A stretch of 64,000 bases of DNA, from NCBI GenBank assembly GCA_027623315.1, contig JAQBYD010000002.1:52140-116139 (forward strand). Direction: 5' to 3'. Made by a program: the position numbers and the translations under genes. The stretch comes from Verrucomicrobiota bacterium (GTDB taxonomy: Bacteria; Verrucomicrobiota; Kiritimatiellia; CAJWTS01). This document shows, piece after piece, positions 62,281 through 64,000 of this stretch (positions are counted from its first letter, which is position 1; the number at the start of each line of letters is the position of its first letter). The notes beneath the pieces are model-generated. The model was not told the DNA's origin and did no database searches. It saw only the letters and a program-made list of their open reading frames with translations.

Positions 62281-63260
62281 TGACGGCACCACCAACGATC
62301 AGCGAATTCCTGAGACGTCACGGTCGCCACTTTAACTCGGCGGCCCTGGTCGATGCTGCGGAGGCCTATCGCAAGCATCTGGATGATGATGGGATCATGA
62401 TGCTCACCATGGCGGGGGCTATGAGCACCGCCGAGATCGGGCTTTCGCTGGCGGAGATGATCCGGCAGGAGAAGGTGCACGCGATCTGCTGTACCGGAGC
62501 GAACCTTGAGGAGGATGTCTTTAACCTGGTGGCGCATGACCACTATGTACGCGTGCCGCACTACCGTGATCTCTCGGCGAAGGATGACGAGGATCTGCTG
62601 AAACGTCATCTCAACCGCGTGACGGATACCTGTATTCCTGAGGAGGAGGCCATGCGGCGGTTGGAGCGGGCAATCCTGGATTTGTGGGTGGCTGCGGATC
62701 AGAAGGGCGAGCGATACCTTCCACACGAGTTCTTCTACCGGGCGATCCTCTCCGGTGCGCTCAAGGAATACTACCAGATCGATCCGGCCGATAGTTGGAT
62801 GGTGGCCGCCGCAGAGAGGAATCTGCCGCTCTACGTCCCCGGCTGGGAGGACTCCACTCTCGGTAACATCTATGCGGGGCATTGCCTGAAAGGAACCATC
62901 CAGAATCCGGTCACGGTCAAGAGCGGCATCGAGTATATGATGACCCTCGCCGATTGGTACCAGTCCGAGTCGAAAGACCGCGCCATCGGATTCTTTCAGA
63001 TCGGCGGCGGGATCGCAGGGGATTTTCCGATCTGCGTGGTACCCATGCTCGAGCAGGATCTGCAGGTCGAGAATGTGCGCAAGTGGGGCTATTTCTGCCA
63101 GATCAGCGATTGTACCACCAGCTACGGTTCCTACTCCGGTGCCGTGCCGAATGAGAAAATTTCATGGGGTAAGCTTGCCGTGGATACGCCGAGTTTCATT
63201 ATCGAGTCGGACGCTAGTATCGTCGCGCCCCTCGTCTTCGCCTACGTTCTGGGGTGGTGA
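62280..63260 (+). CDS. Deoxyhypusine synthase-like protein (bacterial DHS / homospermidine-synthase-like)
   Basis: DHS-family NAD-binding signatures (…GAMSTAEIGLSL…, CTGANLEEDVF, …IGGGIAGDF…). Start overlaps the upstream gene's stop. Confidence 0.75.
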   Translation: MTAPPTISEFLRRHGRHFNSAALVDAAEAYRKHLDDDGIMMLTMAGAMSTAEIGLSLAEMIRQEKVHAICCTGANLEEDVFNLVAHDHYVRVPHYRDLSAKDDEDLLKRHLNRVTDTCIPEEEAMRRLERAILDLWVAADQKGERYLPHEFFYRAILSGALKEYYQIDPADSWMVAAAERNLPLYVPGWEDSTLGNIYAGHCLKGTIQNPVTVKSGIEYMMTLADWYQSESKDRAIGFFQIGGGIAGDFPICVVPMLEQDLQVENVRKWGYFCQISDCTTSYGSYSGAVPNEKISWGKLAVDTPSFIIESDASIVAPLVFAYVLGW

Positions 63261-63290
63261 GCCCCATTGTATTCAACGCGGTGTATCGCG

Positions 63291-64000
63291 TCACTCTGAC
63301 TCGGGACGAGAATCCCTTCGCTCCGGGAGGGCGCCGGCAACCTCGGACACAACGGGTCCGGCCACGACCCGGAAGCCGATCGTGTCGTAGCTGGCATCGG
63401 CCAGGTCAAACCCGCGGTAGTCGACGCGCAGGCTGATCTCGCCATCGAAGAACCAGGACCCTCCACGGCGGACGCGGTAGAGCTGTGTCTCCTCGTACCA
63501 GTCGTCGCACCACTCCCAGACGTTTCCGCCGACGCCGAACAGACCCCATTCGTTCTCGCCGCTCTGCTCGACGGGGCACGTCACCGCGAAGCCATCCTCG
63601 TAGACGTCGATACCGCGCCAGTTGGTGAGTTTATCCCGTGCATCCCGATCCGAAAAGTTCCCGTAGGCAGGCGGGAATTGGTCACCCCAGGGGTACTTGC
63701 GATCGGTACCGCAGCGGGCGAACGTCGTCCATTCGTCCTCGGTGGGAAGTCGGAAGACGTATCCCTCCGGAAGCGCATCGCCGAAGATCTCGGTCAACCA
63801 GCGGCAATACGCCTGCGCGATCGTCCATGTCACCTTGACCACGGGTTGCTGTGCGTCGTTCAAGGTGATCTCGTCGTGCGCTCCGCTGTCATGCTGACGG
63901 TCAAAGGTCAGAAACTGGCGGTTGGACACCTCGTATTTTGCGACCCACATGCGTAGATCTCGAATCCACTCGAAACGCATCTCGCGGTCTTGTCCGAGCG
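63291..64000 (-). CDS. Formylglycine-generating-enzyme (SUMF1/FGE) family protein, probably 5'-truncated by the window edge
   Basis: FGE-sulfatase domain: …YEVSNRQFLTF…, RLPTEDEWTTFARCG, GNVWEWCDDWY, RVRRGGSWFF. The frame stays open upstream of the Met at 63980 to the window end. Confidence 0.7.
   Translation of the reverse strand, partial: LGQDREMRFEWIRDLRMWVAKYEVSNRQFLTFDRQHDSGAHDEITLNDAQQPVVKVTWTIAQAYCRWLTEIFGDALPEGYVFRLPTEDEWTTFARCGTDRKYPWGDQFPPAYGNFSDRDARDKLTNWRGIDVYEDGFAVTCPVEQSGENEWGLFGVGGNVWEWCDDWYEETQLYRVRRGGSWFFDGEISLRVDYRGFDLADASYDTIGFRVVAGPVVSEVAGALPERRDSRPESE

Overview
High-GC (about 60-65%) bacterial chromosomal segment, densely coded on both strands. It is mostly housekeeping, with several unusual features. 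The PEP-CTERM protein, H+-pyrophosphatase, DUF2723/TPR and DUF1736 GT-C membrane proteins, deoxyhypusine-synthase-like gene and Top6B would fit a PVC-like or similar lineage, but I cannot assign the phylum from sequence alone.

Recognisable content in map order:
- 5'-truncated zinc-ribbon protein (COG1579-like).
- RNase P RNA (rnpB, type A), whose 3' end runs into the annotated start of the next ORF.
- GspC/PilP-like PDZ protein, a Ser/Thr kinase with double zinc ribbon, and queF.
- 3D-domain lipoprotein.
- NfeD(long)-NfeD(short)-FloA flotillin module.
- S8 subtilase.
- Decayed Gfo/Idh/MocA gene.
- MOSC protein and CCA-adding enzyme.
- About 10 kb minus-strand sulfur-assimilation operon: cymR-like Rrf2, cysH (APS reductase), cysD, cysNC, metY, a ThiS/MoaD-like sulfur carrier ending in GG-Ala, a MoeB/ThiF E1, a JAMM protease, cysK/M, and a fused metX-metW.
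- DUF1736 membrane protein.
- NqrM-like protein and ApbE.
- Methyltransferase plus FAD-dependent oxidoreductase pair.
- DEAD-box helicase.
- rplU, rpmA and obg.
- ECF sigma factor with anti-sigma.
- hppA.
- MBL hydrolase.
- CaCA antiporter.
- tatD.
- trpE, trpG and trpD.
- DNA topoisomerase VI subunit B with no subunit A in the window, divergent from a secreted ankyrin+MORN protein.
- leuS.
- Hypothetical secreted proteins and a PEP-CTERM protein followed by a clear intrinsic terminator.
- DUF2723+TPR giant membrane protein.
- Deoxyhypusine-synthase-like protein.
- Partial formylglycine-generating-enzyme (FGE) family gene.

Non-coding structure not explained by the genes:
- Three arrays of a tandem octamer, CTGAC(A/T/C)CC, each sitting directly against gene ends or start codons.
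- A family of short intergenic repeats. One is a nested MITE-like insertion with one empty and two filled sites.
- An 85-95 bp repeat present twice inside the sulfur operon.
- A 1.3 kb gene-poor region with no convincing intact CDS.

No CRISPR array, tRNA, integrase or canonical defence system was recognised.
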